The notes beneath the pieces were generated by a model, which saw only the letters and a list, made by a program, of their open reading frames with translations, was not told the DNA's origin and ran no database searches. 64,000 nt of DNA from NCBI GenBank assembly GCA_964404285.1, contig CAYOJK010000001.1, positions 83,797 through 147,796 of the forward strand, given 5' to 3'. The number at the start of each line of letters is the position of its first letter. Position 1 is the first letter of the stretch. Positions 47,415 through 58,321 of this stretch are shown piece after piece. Made by a program: the position numbers and the translations under genes. Source of the stretch: an uncultured bacterium (GTDB lineage: Bacteria > CSSED10-310).

Positions 47415-47810
47415 CTACATTTTTCCGAAGTCGATAATCTGGATCAATGTGCTCATCGATGTCCTCATCGGAAATTTATCCCCCTCCATCTGATCCATGT
47501 AATTCCGAAGAATTTTACCTGCTTCATAAAGCATTTGATACAGTTGATCCTTTTCTTTTTCCACTGCTTGGATGCGTTGAACAAGCTTGATGATCACCTC
47601 GATACCGGCAAGATTGACTTTCAAATCCTGAGTCAGTTTCAGAATCATTTTTAAGGTATCGACATCGTCATCGGAATAGAGGCGTGTATTTCCCTGTGAT
47701 CGCCTGGGTGTGATAAACCCTCTTTCTTCATAGCCCCTGATTGTCTGAGGCGTGATATTCAGCATTTCAGCGACGATACCAATAGTATATTTACCATCAG
47801 TCAAGGCCAA
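47415..47810 (-). CDS. hspR: MerR-family heat-shock repressor HspR
   Basis: 131-aa ORF with a MerR HTH ([30 protein letters not shown]) sitting between two dnaJ genes downstream of dnaK, matching the HspR operon context. Confidence 0.8.
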   Translation of the reverse strand: MALTDGKYTIGIVAEMLNITPQTIRGYEERGFITPRRSQGNTRLYSDDDVDTLKMILKLTQDLKVNLAGIEVIIKLVQRIQAVEKEKDQLYQMLYEAGKILRNYMDQMEGDKFPMRTSMSTLIQIIDFGKM

Positions 47811-48924
47811 ACATTCCTTTCCTGGGCTCGTAATGGTTCAACCGATCAAACTCACGAATCAGATCCTTCACATCCTCCCGCACCTGCGGCGGTGAGACTA
47901 TTTTAACTTTTACCATAAGATCACCGGTTTTCCCACCCTTGATATCCTGAAACCCTTTACCAGACAACCTGAACGTTTGATCGACGTTACAGGCGGGCGG
48001 AATTGTCATTTTGACCATACCACCTGGCGTTGGAATAGAAATCCTGGCGCCCAATAGCGCTTCCGATACCGTAATTGGAATTTCAAGCATGATGTTTTTA
48101 CCGCTTCGTTTGAAATACGGATGCTCTTTGACATTGATCGAAATAATGATATCTCCGGCGGATCCACCGTTTTCGCCTGGATGCCCTTTACCTGCCACTC
48201 GCACTTTTGATCCTGTGTCAACGCCGGCAGGGATTTTGACTCGAATTCTCTGCATTTGAGGCACAAAACCTTTTCCATGACATTTTTGGCACTTTGCAAC
48301 GTTAACTTTGCCTGAACCTTTACAATTAGGACAAGCATGCGCCACCTTGAACGGACCCGTAGCCGACTCAACTTGGCCGGTTCCCTGACACACCGGACAC
48401 GTCTGTGCAGACGTTCCAGGCTCATTTCCATCGCCATTGCACCTATCACATACTGTAGGCGCTTGAAGTTGCAATTCCGTTGTAACTCCACGGAAGGCAT
48501 CCATAAATGATACTTCCAAGTTGTAATGAATATCTTGTCCTTGAACAGGGCCTCGTCGAACCGACTCTTCACGACCGAAGATATCTCTAAAAAAATCACG
48601 AAAGTTCCCCGGCCCCTGCTGATCATGCCTACCCGTCTGCGAAAAGTTAAAATCAAACCCTTCAAAAGGATTTCCCCCGGAATACGCTTGACTCTGCCCG
48701 GGTTGCCTAAAATATCCTGAGCCAAACTCATCATATTCCGCGCGCTTTTTGGGATCGGACAAAACTGAATATGCATCGGAAATTTTTTTAAACCGTTCTT
48801 CAGAAGCAGTGTTTCCTGGATTCACATCCGGATGATACTTCCGTGCTAATTTACGATAGGCTTTTTTAATATCAGCCGCGGATGCCTTTTTATCGACACC
48901 AAGTATTTTATAGTAATCTTCCAT
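47797..48924 (-). CDS. dnaJ: second DnaJ paralogue (J domain + zinc finger)
   Basis: 375-aa ORF with a J domain (YYKILGV...HPDVN), a Gly/Phe-rich linker and four CxxCxGxG repeats. Its 3' end overlaps hspR by 14 bp. Confidence 0.9.
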   Translation of the reverse strand: MEDYYKILGVDKKASAADIKKAYRKLARKYHPDVNPGNTASEERFKKISDAYSVLSDPKKRAEYDEFGSGYFRQPGQSQAYSGGNPFEGFDFNFSQTGRHDQQGPGNFRDFFRDIFGREESVRRGPVQGQDIHYNLEVSFMDAFRGVTTELQLQAPTVCDRCNGDGNEPGTSAQTCPVCQGTGQVESATGPFKVAHACPNCKGSGKVNVAKCQKCHGKGFVPQMQRIRVKIPAGVDTGSKVRVAGKGHPGENGGSAGDIIISINVKEHPYFKRSGKNIMLEIPITVSEALLGARISIPTPGGMVKMTIPPACNVDQTFRLSGKGFQDIKGGKTGDLMVKVKIVSPPQVREDVKDLIREFDRLNHYEPRKGMFGLD

Positions 48925-48993
48925 TTTTCTGTTTTAAATGGAACCAGAGAACACCCTATTTAGAAGCTCTCTGGTCCCCTGTTTTCTCTTCAA

Positions 48994-50898
48994 TTAGTTT
49001 GATTCTTCAAATTCAGCATCGACGACATCATTTTGACCGGATTTATGCGTTTCTTCCTGCCCTGTATAAGTGTTGGATGTATTCTGCTGCTGATTTGCCT
49101 GAGCTTCTTTGTAGATGATCTCAGCCAATTTATGAGATGCCTGAGTCAATGCGCTTATTTTCTGCTCTATTTCAAATTTATCACCATTCTCTACAACAGA
49201 TTTCAAGTCTTCGATCGCTGTGCGAACAGCGCCGGCTTCAACATCAGAAATCTTATCCGAATTTTCATTCAGAACTTTCTCGGTGTTGTAAATCAGATTA
49301 TCTGCCTGATTGCGGATATCGATAAGCTCTCGCTGTTTTTTATCACTATCAGCATGAGCGTCTGCATCATCAACCATTTTATTGATTTCATCTTTCGATA
49401 AACCTGAAGATGCTGTAATGGTAATTCTCTGCTCTTTTCCCGTGCCCAGATCCTTTGCCGACACATTGACGATACCGTTTGCATCGATGTCGAAAGAGAC
49501 TTCAATCTGAGGCATTCCCCTGGGAGCCGGTGGAATACCAACCAAGTTAAATCGACCTAAAGTTCTGTTTTGGTTTGCCATAGGCCTTTCGCCCTGTAGA
49601 ACATGGATTTCAACCTGAGTTTGATTGTCAGCCGCTGTTGAAAAAACCTCGCTTTTCTTAGTCGGTATCGTTGTATTACGCTCGATCAGCTTTGTCATAA
49701 CACCACCAAGCGTTTCAATACCCAGCGATAACGGCGTCACATCCAGCAACAAGACATCCTTGACATCTCCCGCAAGAATACCTCCCTGTATGGCGGCGCC
49801 AAGGGAAACAACTTCATCAGGGTTCACACCTTTGTGAGGATCCCTTCTGAAAAAGTCACGTACCATTTCCTGCACTTTGGGGATACGTGTCGAACCACCA
49901 ACCAGAACCACTTCATCGATCGCATCAGGCTCTAATCCGGCATCTTTCAGAGCTTTTCGACAAGGTTCCAAAGTGCGTTTTAATTCATCTTCAACCAACT
50001 GTTCAAATTTAGCTCGCGTTAAAGTCATCACCAAATGTTTCGGCCCAGATGCATCAGCAGTTATAAAGGGTAGATTAATAGAGGTCTCTTTAACACTGGA
50101 CAACTCGATTTTAGCCTTTTCCGCTGCTTCCCGAAGACGCTGAAGAGCCATGGGGTCATTCGACAAATCGATGCCCTGTTCCTTTTTGAATTCTGTTGTG
50201 ATCCAGGTGTAAATTTTGTGATCCAAATTATCTCCACCCAAATGGGTATCACCATTGGTCGATTTGACTTCCACCACCTGATCACCCACTTCCAAAATGG
50301 ATATATCAAATGTCCCACCACCAAAATCATAGACTGCTATGGTCTGATCTTCTTTCTTTTCCAAACCATACGCCAAGGCCGCTGCCGTGGGTTCATTGAT
50401 GATTCTCTCCACCTTCAACCCGGCAATTGTACCGGCATCTTTGGTTGCCTGGCGTTGACTGTCATTGAAGTATGCAGGAACAGTGATCACCGCTCGAGTT
50501 ATTTTTTCACCCAGATAATCTTCAGCGGCCTGTTTGAGTTTCTGTAATACCATGGCAGAAAGCTCCGGAGGGCTGAATTGCTTGTCATCGATTTTTATTC
50601 TGACATCACCATTTTTCCCCTCAACAACTTTGAAAGGAACCATACCGATTTCTTCAGCTACCTCACGATAACGTCGACCCATAAACCGTTTGATTGAATA
50701 CACTGTTTTTTCAGGATTTGTTACGGCCTGCCGCTTGGCCACTTGACCGACAACCCTGCTACCATCTTTGACGAAACCAATGACAGACGGTGTTGTCCTA
50801 TTACCTTCCTCATTCGGAATAATCGTCGGTTCGCCACCTTCCATCACAGAAACACATGAATTTGTTGTTCCAAGATCTATTCCTATTACTTTGCTCAT
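48994..50898 (-). CDS. dnaK: molecular chaperone DnaK (Hsp70)
   Basis: 634-aa ORF with all Hsp70 signatures ([29 protein letters not shown]); GGAGGA RBS. Confidence 0.97.
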   Translation of the reverse strand: MSKVIGIDLGTTNSCVSVMEGGEPTIIPNEEGNRTTPSVIGFVKDGSRVVGQVAKRQAVTNPEKTVYSIKRFMGRRYREVAEEIGMVPFKVVEGKNGDVRIKIDDKQFSPPELSAMVLQKLKQAAEDYLGEKITRAVITVPAYFNDSQRQATKDAGTIAGLKVERIINEPTAAALAYGLEKKEDQTIAVYDFGGGTFDISILEVGDQVVEVKSTNGDTHLGGDNLDHKIYTWITTEFKKEQGIDLSNDPMALQRLREAAEKAKIELSSVKETSINLPFITADASGPKHLVMTLTRAKFEQLVEDELKRTLEPCRKALKDAGLEPDAIDEVVLVGGSTRIPKVQEMVRDFFRRDPHKGVNPDEVVSLGAAIQGGILAGDVKDVLLLDVTPLSLGIETLGGVMTKLIERNTTIPTKKSEVFSTAADNQTQVEIHVLQGERPMANQNRTLGRFNLVGIPPAPRGMPQIEVSFDIDANGIVNVSAKDLGTGKEQRITITASSGLSKDEINKMVDDADAHADSDKKQRELIDIRNQADNLIYNTEKVLNENSDKISDVEAGAVRTAIEDLKSVVENGDKFEIEQKISALTQASHKLAEIIYKEAQANQQQNTSNTYTGQEETHKSGQNDVVDAEFEESN

Positions 50899-50935
50899 AG
50901 TTGGTCCTCCTTGTTAAACACTTGACCTGATCACT

Positions 50936-50965
50936 AATATAAACTCTTAGTCTGATATTGTCAAG
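50936..50965 (-). promoter_or_regulatory. sigma70-type promoter of dnaK (TTGACA-17-TATATT) overlapping a degenerate HAIR-like inverted repeat
   Basis: The minus strand reads CTTGACAATATCAGACTAAGAGTTTATATT. A -35 TTGACA and a -10 TATATT are separated by 17 bp, ~30 nt upstream of the dnaK ATG. The segment CTTGACA-N7-ACTAAGA matches the HspR operator consensus CTTGAGT-N7-ACTCAAG at 10 of 14 positions. Confidence 0.6.
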
Positions 50966-52139
50966 CTTTTTTCTGTGACCACCATTGTATCCAGGTCTCG
51001 ACTAACAAGGGAACTAACGTGACACCATCAATCAAATCTTTGATTTCAATGTATTCATCGTGGCTGTGAACCGCTGTTTGCCCTGTGCCGATAACCGCAG
51101 TTTGAATTTTATTTGCATTAAAAACGTTGGCATCACTTCCTCCCATATTCCTGCTTTGCATCACTTCACGCCCAATTGCAGTCAGAGCCTGAGATGCACA
51201 AGCAACAACAGGACTATCGGAGCTAAGCAAGAACCCATCAAATTCACGATGAACCTGCACATCGATCATCGATGAAACCACTTTTTCAGCCACATTGACG
51301 TGCCATTTTTTACGAGTGTTTTCACAAATATTATGAAGTACTTCCGTCAATGCATCGATTGTGTTCAGGTTATGGCTTCGTATTTCTAATTCTGTGATAC
51401 ACGTATCTGGAACAACGTTCCTTGCGGCGCCTCCAGAAATCGTCCCGACATTTGAGGTTGTTTCCGGATCGATTTGGCCGAAAGGAAATTTTTTCAAGAT
51501 ATCGGACATGATCAAAATGCTATTGATGCCTTCATCGGGATTAACGGCAGCATGAGAAGATCTCCCATTGGCAGTTACGGTGATTGCATTATAGTATGGA
51601 GCTCCTATTCCGATTCTTCCGAGACCACTGGAGTCCAGCGAAAAACCATGTTTTGATTTAAGTTGTCCATAGTCTAAACCTATCGCTCCTTGAAGCCCGC
51701 TTTCTTCGCTGACGGTCAATACCACTTCGATTGTGCAAGGGTGTGTTTTATACTTTTTGAACAATTCTTTCAATCCAACCAGAATCATCACCAGCCCGGC
51801 CCTGTTATCCGCACCTAAAATCGTATCCGTTTCACTGATTATTCTTGTTCCTCTAATGATTGGAACAATTTGGCCGCCCGGTTCAACTGTGTCCATATGG
51901 GCATTTAAAAGAATTGGAGGTATCGTGGTATCTTCTCCTTCAAAAACAGCAATAATATTTCCTGCATTTCCACCTGTTTTTGTGCCCGCATCATCTTCAA
52001 TAACGCGCGCTCCCATGCTCTGAAGCATTTCTTTACAAAAATCTGCTGTCTCCCGTTCATGGCCTGAGGGCGCATGTATCCGGGCTAATTCTATAAACAA
52101 TTCAACAGGTAATATATTTTTATCATGAAATGATTTCAT
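50961..52139 (-). CDS. M20-family metallopeptidase (peptidase T / deacylase-like)
   Basis: 392-aa ORF with the metal-binding motif LLNAHMDTVEPGG and a dimerisation domain. Confidence 0.8.
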   Translation of the reverse strand: MKSFHDKNILPVELFIELARIHAPSGHERETADFCKEMLQSMGARVIEDDAGTKTGGNAGNIIAVFEGEDTTIPPILLNAHMDTVEPGGQIVPIIRGTRIISETDTILGADNRAGLVMILVGLKELFKKYKTHPCTIEVVLTVSEESGLQGAIGLDYGQLKSKHGFSLDSSGLGRIGIGAPYYNAITVTANGRSSHAAVNPDEGINSILIMSDILKKFPFGQIDPETTSNVGTISGGAARNVVPDTCITELEIRSHNLNTIDALTEVLHNICENTRKKWHVNVAEKVVSSMIDVQVHREFDGFLLSSDSPVVACASQALTAIGREVMQSRNMGGSDANVFNANKIQTAVIGTGQTAVHSHDEYIEIKDLIDGVTLVPLLVETWIQWWSQKKA

Positions 52140-52308
52140 CTAACTCTCCTTGCTTCAAACGATAAAAAGCAGCAACAAAGCCTCATTATTTATTTTAACA
52201 GGCTCTTACATCCCACGAAATATAATTCAGGAGTTGTGTTATTTTTCAGAAAAGCAAACAGAAAACTGCCGGAATTTTAACTGCCAAACCGTTTATTTAG
52301 AGTGGCAT

Positions 52309-52869
52309 CTAGTTTTTAGAATCCGGTTTTGGTGTTCGCTTTGACGATCCACAGGGCGGAAAGGTCGGCATTCTTTCAAAATCGGATCCTTTCTTGACAG
52401 GTTTGATTGAATTACCACAGATAACCGGTTCAAAACCGCTATGAAGTGATGCTGGATTCACATACCAGTCATCCTCTTCCCAAATCCAGCTCATTGTTTT
52501 TCTCCGCGCCAAGGATGGAGATGGCAAACCAGCCCTAAATCCCATTTCGACCATGTAAGCCATGCCTTCATCACCATCGATGTCTATCGCTTCGATAAAA
52601 ACTGCCACCAAGCCAATAGAAATCCCAACAGCATAATTCTGAAAATCATCAAAACTCATCTCTCTTCGAAATGCCGGAGAGAACAGTTGATATAGAGTGT
52701 CCATGTTAGCGGACTTTTGACTAGAAATATAATCTTCTACTCTTGCTCTCAAGCGACGTTGCTGCATCATCGTCTTGTCCATTCCCGGTTTTTCAACAGC
52801 AGAGCTAACTGATATCAGGCAAAAAACCAATAATGAATAAAATGCCAATATCCTTGTAAAGGTTCTCAT
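52309..52869 (-). CDS. hypothetical secreted protein
   Basis: 186-aa ORF with a signal peptide; a 4-bp overlap couples it to the upstream TPR lipoprotein gene. Confidence 0.45.
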   Translation of the reverse strand: MRTFTRILAFYSLLVFCLISVSSAVEKPGMDKTMMQQRRLRARVEDYISSQKSANMDTLYQLFSPAFRREMSFDDFQNYAVGISIGLVAVFIEAIDIDGDEGMAYMVEMGFRAGLPSPSLARRKTMSWIWEEDDWYVNPASLHSGFEPVICGNSIKPVKKGSDFERMPTFPPCGSSKRTPKPDSKN

Positions 52870-53942
52870 CTCTCCTCCTCATTTTCAGATACAATTGCAT
52901 CATCTGAAATGATGACTCTTTCAGGCGCAAAAAACAAGACCTCTTCCATAAGCTCCTCTACCCTGTCGTATTTGTGCTGATCTCGAAAAATAGTCGCCAT
53001 CAGTTGAAGACGCAATCCTTCGAAGTAGGCTATACCCAGCCCTTCCATTTCATCCAGAAGAACCATGGCTTTGTCCAGGTTTGAATCTGCGTATTCTTTT
53101 CTAGCCTGAACCAGTTTTTTCATCCAAGGCAATAATTGAGATTGTTCTGTCAGTTCCATCTGCAGGAAAACCTTTTCAATTTCATCAATGGACGCATTCT
53201 GAGCGGATAACAGCTCAACTTTCTCAGCTAGATAAAGCTCGTTTGAGGGATCTTTTGATAGCAGGCTATCAATTAACGATGCCACCTCAGAATAATTTTT
53301 ATCTCCAATATAGATTCTAACTAAAGTCAAATCCAGTGATTTTCTCAACGTACTATCAACAGGGACTTTTTGAATTAACTCTTTGCTTTGCTCTCTTTTA
53401 CCATTTAACAATAAAGACTTGATATAAATTTGATTCATTCGGGCATCACCCTGTGCAAAACCATAACCTCTCGTTGCCATTTCCTCGGCCATTTTCCAGT
53501 CTTTTTTTTCCATGTATATCTGAGCCATATTATAATATGGCATATGGTAAGATTTATGAAACTCGGTCGACTTCTGGTAAGATTCTATGGCTTTGTCCAG
53601 TTCGCCTTCACGCCAATAAACACCGGCAATGTTATTATGATATGCAGCATTCGATGGTTTTTCCTTCATAAGCTCTTCCCAAATTTTAATGGCTTTTTCA
53701 GGTTCATTTACATATTCGGCATATAAAATTGCCAAATTATTCTTTATATGTTCTAGATCTGGCTTTAGGTCCAAAGCATTCAAAAATTTTTTTTCAGCTT
53801 GAGAATAGTCTTGTGTCTGAATAGCAATCGCTGCTTCTCTTTCCAGTTGCCATAGCCGGCGAGTCACTGCTTTTTCTTTATTGACACATCCGGGAAAGAT
53901 GAAGAAACTGATCAACAATATAAAGCTACATTTTATTTTCAT
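52866..53942 (-). CDS. TPR-repeat lipoprotein
   Basis: 358-aa ORF with a lipoprotein signal (LISFFIFPGC) and multiple TPR repeats. Confidence 0.7.
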   Translation of the reverse strand: MKIKCSFILLISFFIFPGCVNKEKAVTRRLWQLEREAAIAIQTQDYSQAEKKFLNALDLKPDLEHIKNNLAILYAEYVNEPEKAIKIWEELMKEKPSNAAYHNNIAGVYWREGELDKAIESYQKSTEFHKSYHMPYYNMAQIYMEKKDWKMAEEMATRGYGFAQGDARMNQIYIKSLLLNGKREQSKELIQKVPVDSTLRKSLDLTLVRIYIGDKNYSEVASLIDSLLSKDPSNELYLAEKVELLSAQNASIDEIEKVFLQMELTEQSQLLPWMKKLVQARKEYADSNLDKAMVLLDEMEGLGIAYFEGLRLQLMATIFRDQHKYDRVEELMEEVLFFAPERVIISDDAIVSENEEER

Positions 53943-54023
53943 AGTAAACTCCCCTAGGAAATTAACAGGTAAAGCGTAACACCCAAAGACACCTTTTTCA
54001 ATATCCTTCCATGAAATCTATTC

Positions 54024-56504
54024 TCATAAAAACCAGTTTGCCAGCGAATCATTCCAAATAGAGTTACGCAAAAAATATCCGGCAACTATTAAAATCACCA
54101 CAATGGCCGACCATGTATAAAGGCCATTCAGATCCGGTTGATCATCAGGTGTCTTTTCTTTAAAAAAATAATTCGATTGATACTTATTGGATAAAACAAA
54201 AACATAAAACAGTAACACAAGTAATGTAATAAATAGACCTAATCGGTAGGATACAGGATCATAAATCAGGTTCAAACGATGAAACCCCGCTGGTAACAAC
54301 AGTGCCTGAAACAAAAGATCACCTCGATACATCCGAATTGGTTTGTTATCAACGAAAGCTTTCCATCCCTGATCAAATGCCTCAGAAATAACTATGCAGC
54401 CGGGATCATCCATCTGGACAGTAATTTCCTTTGAGTGCTCCGTCTGTCGATCGATAGAGATTGTTCCGTGCAATTGTTCGCTATTATACTGGCTCTCGCT
54501 CTCTAAGCCCACTATCAATACTTCCCTCGAACTCAGCGAACGGTCTGCTATGAGTTTTAATATACTTTCATCATCAGCGTCAGTTGCTAAGGGTATTCTG
54601 AAATCAACAGCTTTTCCCCTATAAGGCTCAGAAATTTCATCAATCACCCAGTTGTCTTTTGCTATCAGTTCACTGCCTTTAAACAATTTGTTGGCAACTG
54701 GTGAACATATATATCTGACATTAAAATATTTTATAATATGCCGCTCAAGTCTTCCGGCATTCTGTGCCCATAAGGTATAACTCGAATAATGCAAAGGACT
54801 CCATTCATCAAATGTCAGCAATTTCAATTTGTGTATCATACCGGAATACATCGGAAATACATCTTTGAGCCTGGCATAATCGCTGTGGTCTTTTTTAATC
54901 CATCCACCATGCCAGTCTTCTGGAATGAGTATTGAGCTGGAATGATACAACGACATTATACGGGAATCCTGATCTGTGATAGAGGTCATTCCAAGCGGCT
55001 CAGCAAACAACAAACTTTTATCACCTGTTGAAGGATAGGCGTGATGCGCCCAAAACAGTTCGGAGAACACCAGCAATGGGATCAGAAGCCCTGCCTGTTT
55101 ATGCTTAACAACCCAGATAACAGCAATCAGGCCAGTGGTTAGTATCAGAAAGACAAGGGCTCCGAAGCATGCTTTTTGAAATTGAGGATTTGTATTCCAA
55201 GCTTGATTTTGGCGAAGAAACATCCATGCAGCGGTGAGTAACACCAATAAGCTCGGTAAACTCCTTGTAAAATACTTCCGACAGGTTTCTTTACTTTTTT
55301 CGGAGACCAAATCATTTGCCGTGTGCGCTAACAAACCTGAAAATCCAATAATCATCAGAAACGCCCATCTGGCAGGAGCTCTAAGCATATTGGTGAAAGG
55401 TAGTAAGCGAAGGATATCGGTACTTAAACTGTAAGGTCCTAAAGATAGAAAAAGCCCAGTTACGATACAAAATCCAAAAAAACGAACTCGTCGTGATTTC
55501 CATGAGGTGGCTAGAGCAAGCGCCACAGTTGAAAGACCAATAAATATATTCAATTCCCATTCATAAGCAGGCCACCTGTTAATATCGAACGATCCTGTTG
55601 CTGCGTTACCGAACGGATCATTCAAAATCAAATTTGGGATATAGGAGGGTGGCAGAGGCATTTGGGCTGAAAACATATTGGGTGACAGGTCGATACTTCT
55701 AGATGCCTCAAACATGAGTTCTGCCGTTGGTAATAATTGCCAGGCTCCCATAATTATCCCTGCCACTGTAATCATCGTCAGTAGAACGATTTTTTGTCTA
55801 TAAGGAATAAATACTGGGCCCAACAGGCCATAAAGCCATAACAATGTGATCGTTATAACTATCACTTGTGGATGCCCGGCAAGGCAAATCAGCGCTAATA
55901 TCGCCATACCGGATGCAATCGGTTTAACCGAATCGACTTTTCCAAAACCCTTTTGAAAGGTGATGACAGATAATAACCAAGGAGCCCAACTCAAAGCTTG
56001 AATATAGTTTACAAACATCAACTTACGAATGACATAACCGGAAAATGTGCAGCAAACAGCTCCAGCCAAAGCAGCTACCGGCACATAACGGAATCTTCTA
56101 AATAAAAAATAAAAACCATAACTCATCCACAACACGTGGATAATTAGCGTCAAATTATACGCCTGCACAAACGATAACAGATTATAAAACGGCCAGATCA
56201 ATAAATAAGATGCGCCACTCTGCCCTTCCGCGAATAAAGGAAAACCTGCAGCAGAAAACGGACACCATAAAGGCATTCGTCCTTCGTTGATTTGACTGAA
56301 AGCATAATACCGGAAAGGAACATTTTGAAAGCCGTGATCCATATAGAAAAAAAGCTCGTCTGTTTTAAAAGCTTTTAAAAAAAACAGGCAAGTCAGGAGC
56401 GTTAGAATAGCTATCGGTATCCAATTTTTTTTTATCAGCGCCCACACCCTCGTTGACCCGGCGCCATGGAATTTGAGCTTGCTTGTGAATCCGACCACGC
56501 CCAA
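54024..56504 (-). CDS. large polytopic membrane protein, YfhO/GT-C-like putative glycosyltransferase
   Basis: 826-aa ORF with 12 or more predicted TM helices in the N-terminal 500 aa and two further helices at the C-terminus; TTG start. It overlaps the upstream gene by ~70 bp, so the true start is probably further downstream (a GTG near 56447). Confidence 0.55.
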   Translation of the reverse strand: MGVVGFTSKLKFHGAGSTRVWALIKKNWIPIAILTLLTCLFFLKAFKTDELFFYMDHGFQNVPFRYYAFSQINEGRMPLWCPFSAAGFPLFAEGQSGASYLLIWPFYNLLSFVQAYNLTLIIHVLWMSYGFYFLFRRFRYVPVAALAGAVCCTFSGYVIRKLMFVNYIQALSWAPWLLSVITFQKGFGKVDSVKPIASGMAILALICLAGHPQVIVITITLLWLYGLLGPVFIPYRQKIVLLTMITVAGIIMGAWQLLPTAELMFEASRSIDLSPNMFSAQMPLPPSYIPNLILNDPFGNAATGSFDINRWPAYEWELNIFIGLSTVALALATSWKSRRVRFFGFCIVTGLFLSLGPYSLSTDILRLLPFTNMLRAPARWAFLMIIGFSGLLAHTANDLVSEKSKETCRKYFTRSLPSLLVLLTAAWMFLRQNQAWNTNPQFQKACFGALVFLILTTGLIAVIWVVKHKQAGLLIPLLVFSELFWAHHAYPSTGDKSLLFAEPLGMTSITDQDSRIMSLYHSSSILIPEDWHGGWIKKDHSDYARLKDVFPMYSGMIHKLKLLTFDEWSPLHYSSYTLWAQNAGRLERHIIKYFNVRYICSPVANKLFKGSELIAKDNWVIDEISEPYRGKAVDFRIPLATDADDESILKLIADRSLSSREVLIVGLESESQYNSEQLHGTISIDRQTEHSKEITVQMDDPGCIVISEAFDQGWKAFVDNKPIRMYRGDLLFQALLLPAGFHRLNLIYDPVSYRLGLFITLLVLLFYVFVLSNKYQSNYFFKEKTPDDQPDLNGLYTWSAIVVILIVAGYFLRNSIWNDSLANWFL

Positions 56505-57298
56505 TACGGTGCCGTAGAACCCCTTGTTCCTGAAGAATAAGAAGTCTCAGCATTATTTTGCTGCATTTGTCTGCCCCGTCCAGTAAAACGAGACTCAGCC
56601 CTGTCAGCGCCGGCCATTTCTTTTTCTCTCTTCATTTCTTCTTCTTTTTCCCGTTCTTGTTGAGAAGCGGGGCGTCTTTGATTGTTCCCGGGGACAGCTC
56701 TTTGCTGTGTCGGGCCGCCACCGGCTACCGGCTGCCGGCCTCCTCTGGCCGGAGGTCTCCCCGCAACTTGGGATGGTTTCAACTGCAGCAATGCAATCTC
56801 TTCCCCACGCATTAGGGTTACCCGATTAGATTCTATCAATGATATCAAATAATCACCTATCCACTCACCTTGTCCATACTTTCGCACCTTGTTTCGCATC
56901 GATGGATCAGCGTCATTTGCATTTTTTATGAAGGCATAACTACTTTTATCAACAGTCTTCTGCAGTGTGCCAACCAATTCCAAATTTGGCACATCTATCT
57001 GCATGCGCGCTGGTGTCGGCTCTGGTTCAACAGGAATATCTTCCTGTCCAATATCTAGAAAAACTCTATCTGGACTGAAAAGTGTTTTCAGATAAATATC
57101 GTCGTATTTCATTTGGGATCCAGAAGATTTCTTTAGCTGAATATTTGGATTGGCTGTTATATCATCCGCAATGAAAACAGCGTCTTCAATCTCATCAGAA
57201 ACCCAATCTGTCACGTCGACTTCTGAACACCCGAACAAACATAGCATCAGAACAATCGACAAAATACTTGTTAAAATCCACCTTTCGAAAAACTTCAT
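56435..57298 (-). CDS. lipoprotein with Arg/Gly/Gln-rich low-complexity C-terminal tail
   Basis: The ATG at 57298 gives MKFFERWILTSILSIVLMLCLFGC (lipobox) followed by a globular region. The C-terminal ~120 aa are low-complexity (RPPARGGRQPVAGGGPTQQRAV...EREKEEEMKREKE). The six-frame ORF extends upstream to 57403. Confidence 0.5.
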   Translation of the reverse strand: MKFFERWILTSILSIVLMLCLFGCSEVDVTDWVSDEIEDAVFIADDITANPNIQLKKSSGSQMKYDDIYLKTLFSPDRVFLDIGQEDIPVEPEPTPARMQIDVPNLELVGTLQKTVDKSSYAFIKNANDADPSMRNKVRKYGQGEWIGDYLISLIESNRVTLMRGEEIALLQLKPSQVAGRPPARGGRQPVAGGGPTQQRAVPGNNQRRPASQQEREKEEEMKREKEMAGADRAESRFTGRGRQMQQNNAETSYSSGTRGSTAPYWAWSDSQASSNSMAPGQRGCGR

Positions 57299-57305
57299 GT
57301 TCCGC

Positions 57306-58295
57306 CTATTCGAGTGTCCCCCAACTCTGGCCTCCGTCATCGCTGAATACAACCCCGGAAGATGTCGTAAAAATAAGATGATCAAAATTATTCCGATCAA
57401 CATCTATAGAAAAGGTTAGAAAACGGTTGCTTGCCAAATACCGTAGATCATAATGGTTTCTTTTTTCCAACGTGATCATCAAAGGCGCAACTCCGATTGT
57501 CGCCGCCATGAAAACATTCGCTTTCTGGGGATGACGCTTGATAAAAGTCGGTCGAGCCGACATAAAAGATATATTGAAATACTCCTGGTTTTCACCCAGA
57601 GCAAAATAGCTAAACCCACCTTTTTTTAAATGGGCGCCATGTTCTAAAGTTTTTTCCGGAATACTCACTAATTCTCCCGTCTCCCAATTACATCGATAGC
57701 GAGACTCTTTCGTTCCAGAAATCAAAAACCATTCATCACTAATAATATCCGAAAAAGCAAATACAATCCTATCTTCATAAGGTTCCATCGAAACGGTTTT
57801 ATTCACTATCAACTCATTCCCATCAAAGGAGCAAAGCGCTATCGTGTCCGTACCGGCAAATAAGATTTTGTCAGGTAAACTATCATGAAAAAGAATGGAT
57901 TTCACAATGCCGACTGATGCCTGCTGAAGCAAATCCAATTTTGTATATTTGAAAACGTTGTCAGCAAAGAAGCTGAGATACACATCACCTTGATCCGATG
58001 CAAAGGCCACATGACCTTCCTTATGCGGATTAGACATCATAGCTGTAATCACAGTATCTTCTAACACCTTTTCTGTAACTTTTTTACTCCCGATCTCAAT
58101 AATGGAAATCCCTTTTGAATCCCCTTTTATTACATACGACGAACTTAAAAACTGGGCATAAACCGGACGTTGATAAAAGGGCGGCGCAAACGGCAAACTA
58201 GCTCCGGGATTCACCTGTCCCCGAACTCCAGTAACAAATATTACCATTATCAACACGCTTGCCATCACTATTTTGTTCGTTAATTTTTTTGCCAT
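57306..58295 (-). CDS. hypothetical secreted protein
   Basis: The ATG at 58295 gives MAKKLTNKIVMASVLIMVIFVTGVRG (signal peptide). The rest is predicted to be mostly beta. Confidence 0.45.
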   Translation of the reverse strand: MAKKLTNKIVMASVLIMVIFVTGVRGQVNPGASLPFAPPFYQRPVYAQFLSSSYVIKGDSKGISIIEIGSKKVTEKVLEDTVITAMMSNPHKEGHVAFASDQGDVYLSFFADNVFKYTKLDLLQQASVGIVKSILFHDSLPDKILFAGTDTIALCSFDGNELIVNKTVSMEPYEDRIVFAFSDIISDEWFLISGTKESRYRCNWETGELVSIPEKTLEHGAHLKKGGFSYFALGENQEYFNISFMSARPTFIKRHPQKANVFMAATIGVAPLMITLEKRNHYDLRYLASNRFLTFSIDVDRNNFDHLIFTTSSGVVFSDDGGQSWGTLE

Positions 58296-58321
58296 ATTAA
58301 AACCCCCTAACAGGCTCGAGT

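Noticed and set aside
56365-56553. 62-aa ORF at the junction of the 826-aa membrane gene and the lipoprotein gene
   Set aside because: It overlaps both better-supported genes in another frame and is probably spurious.
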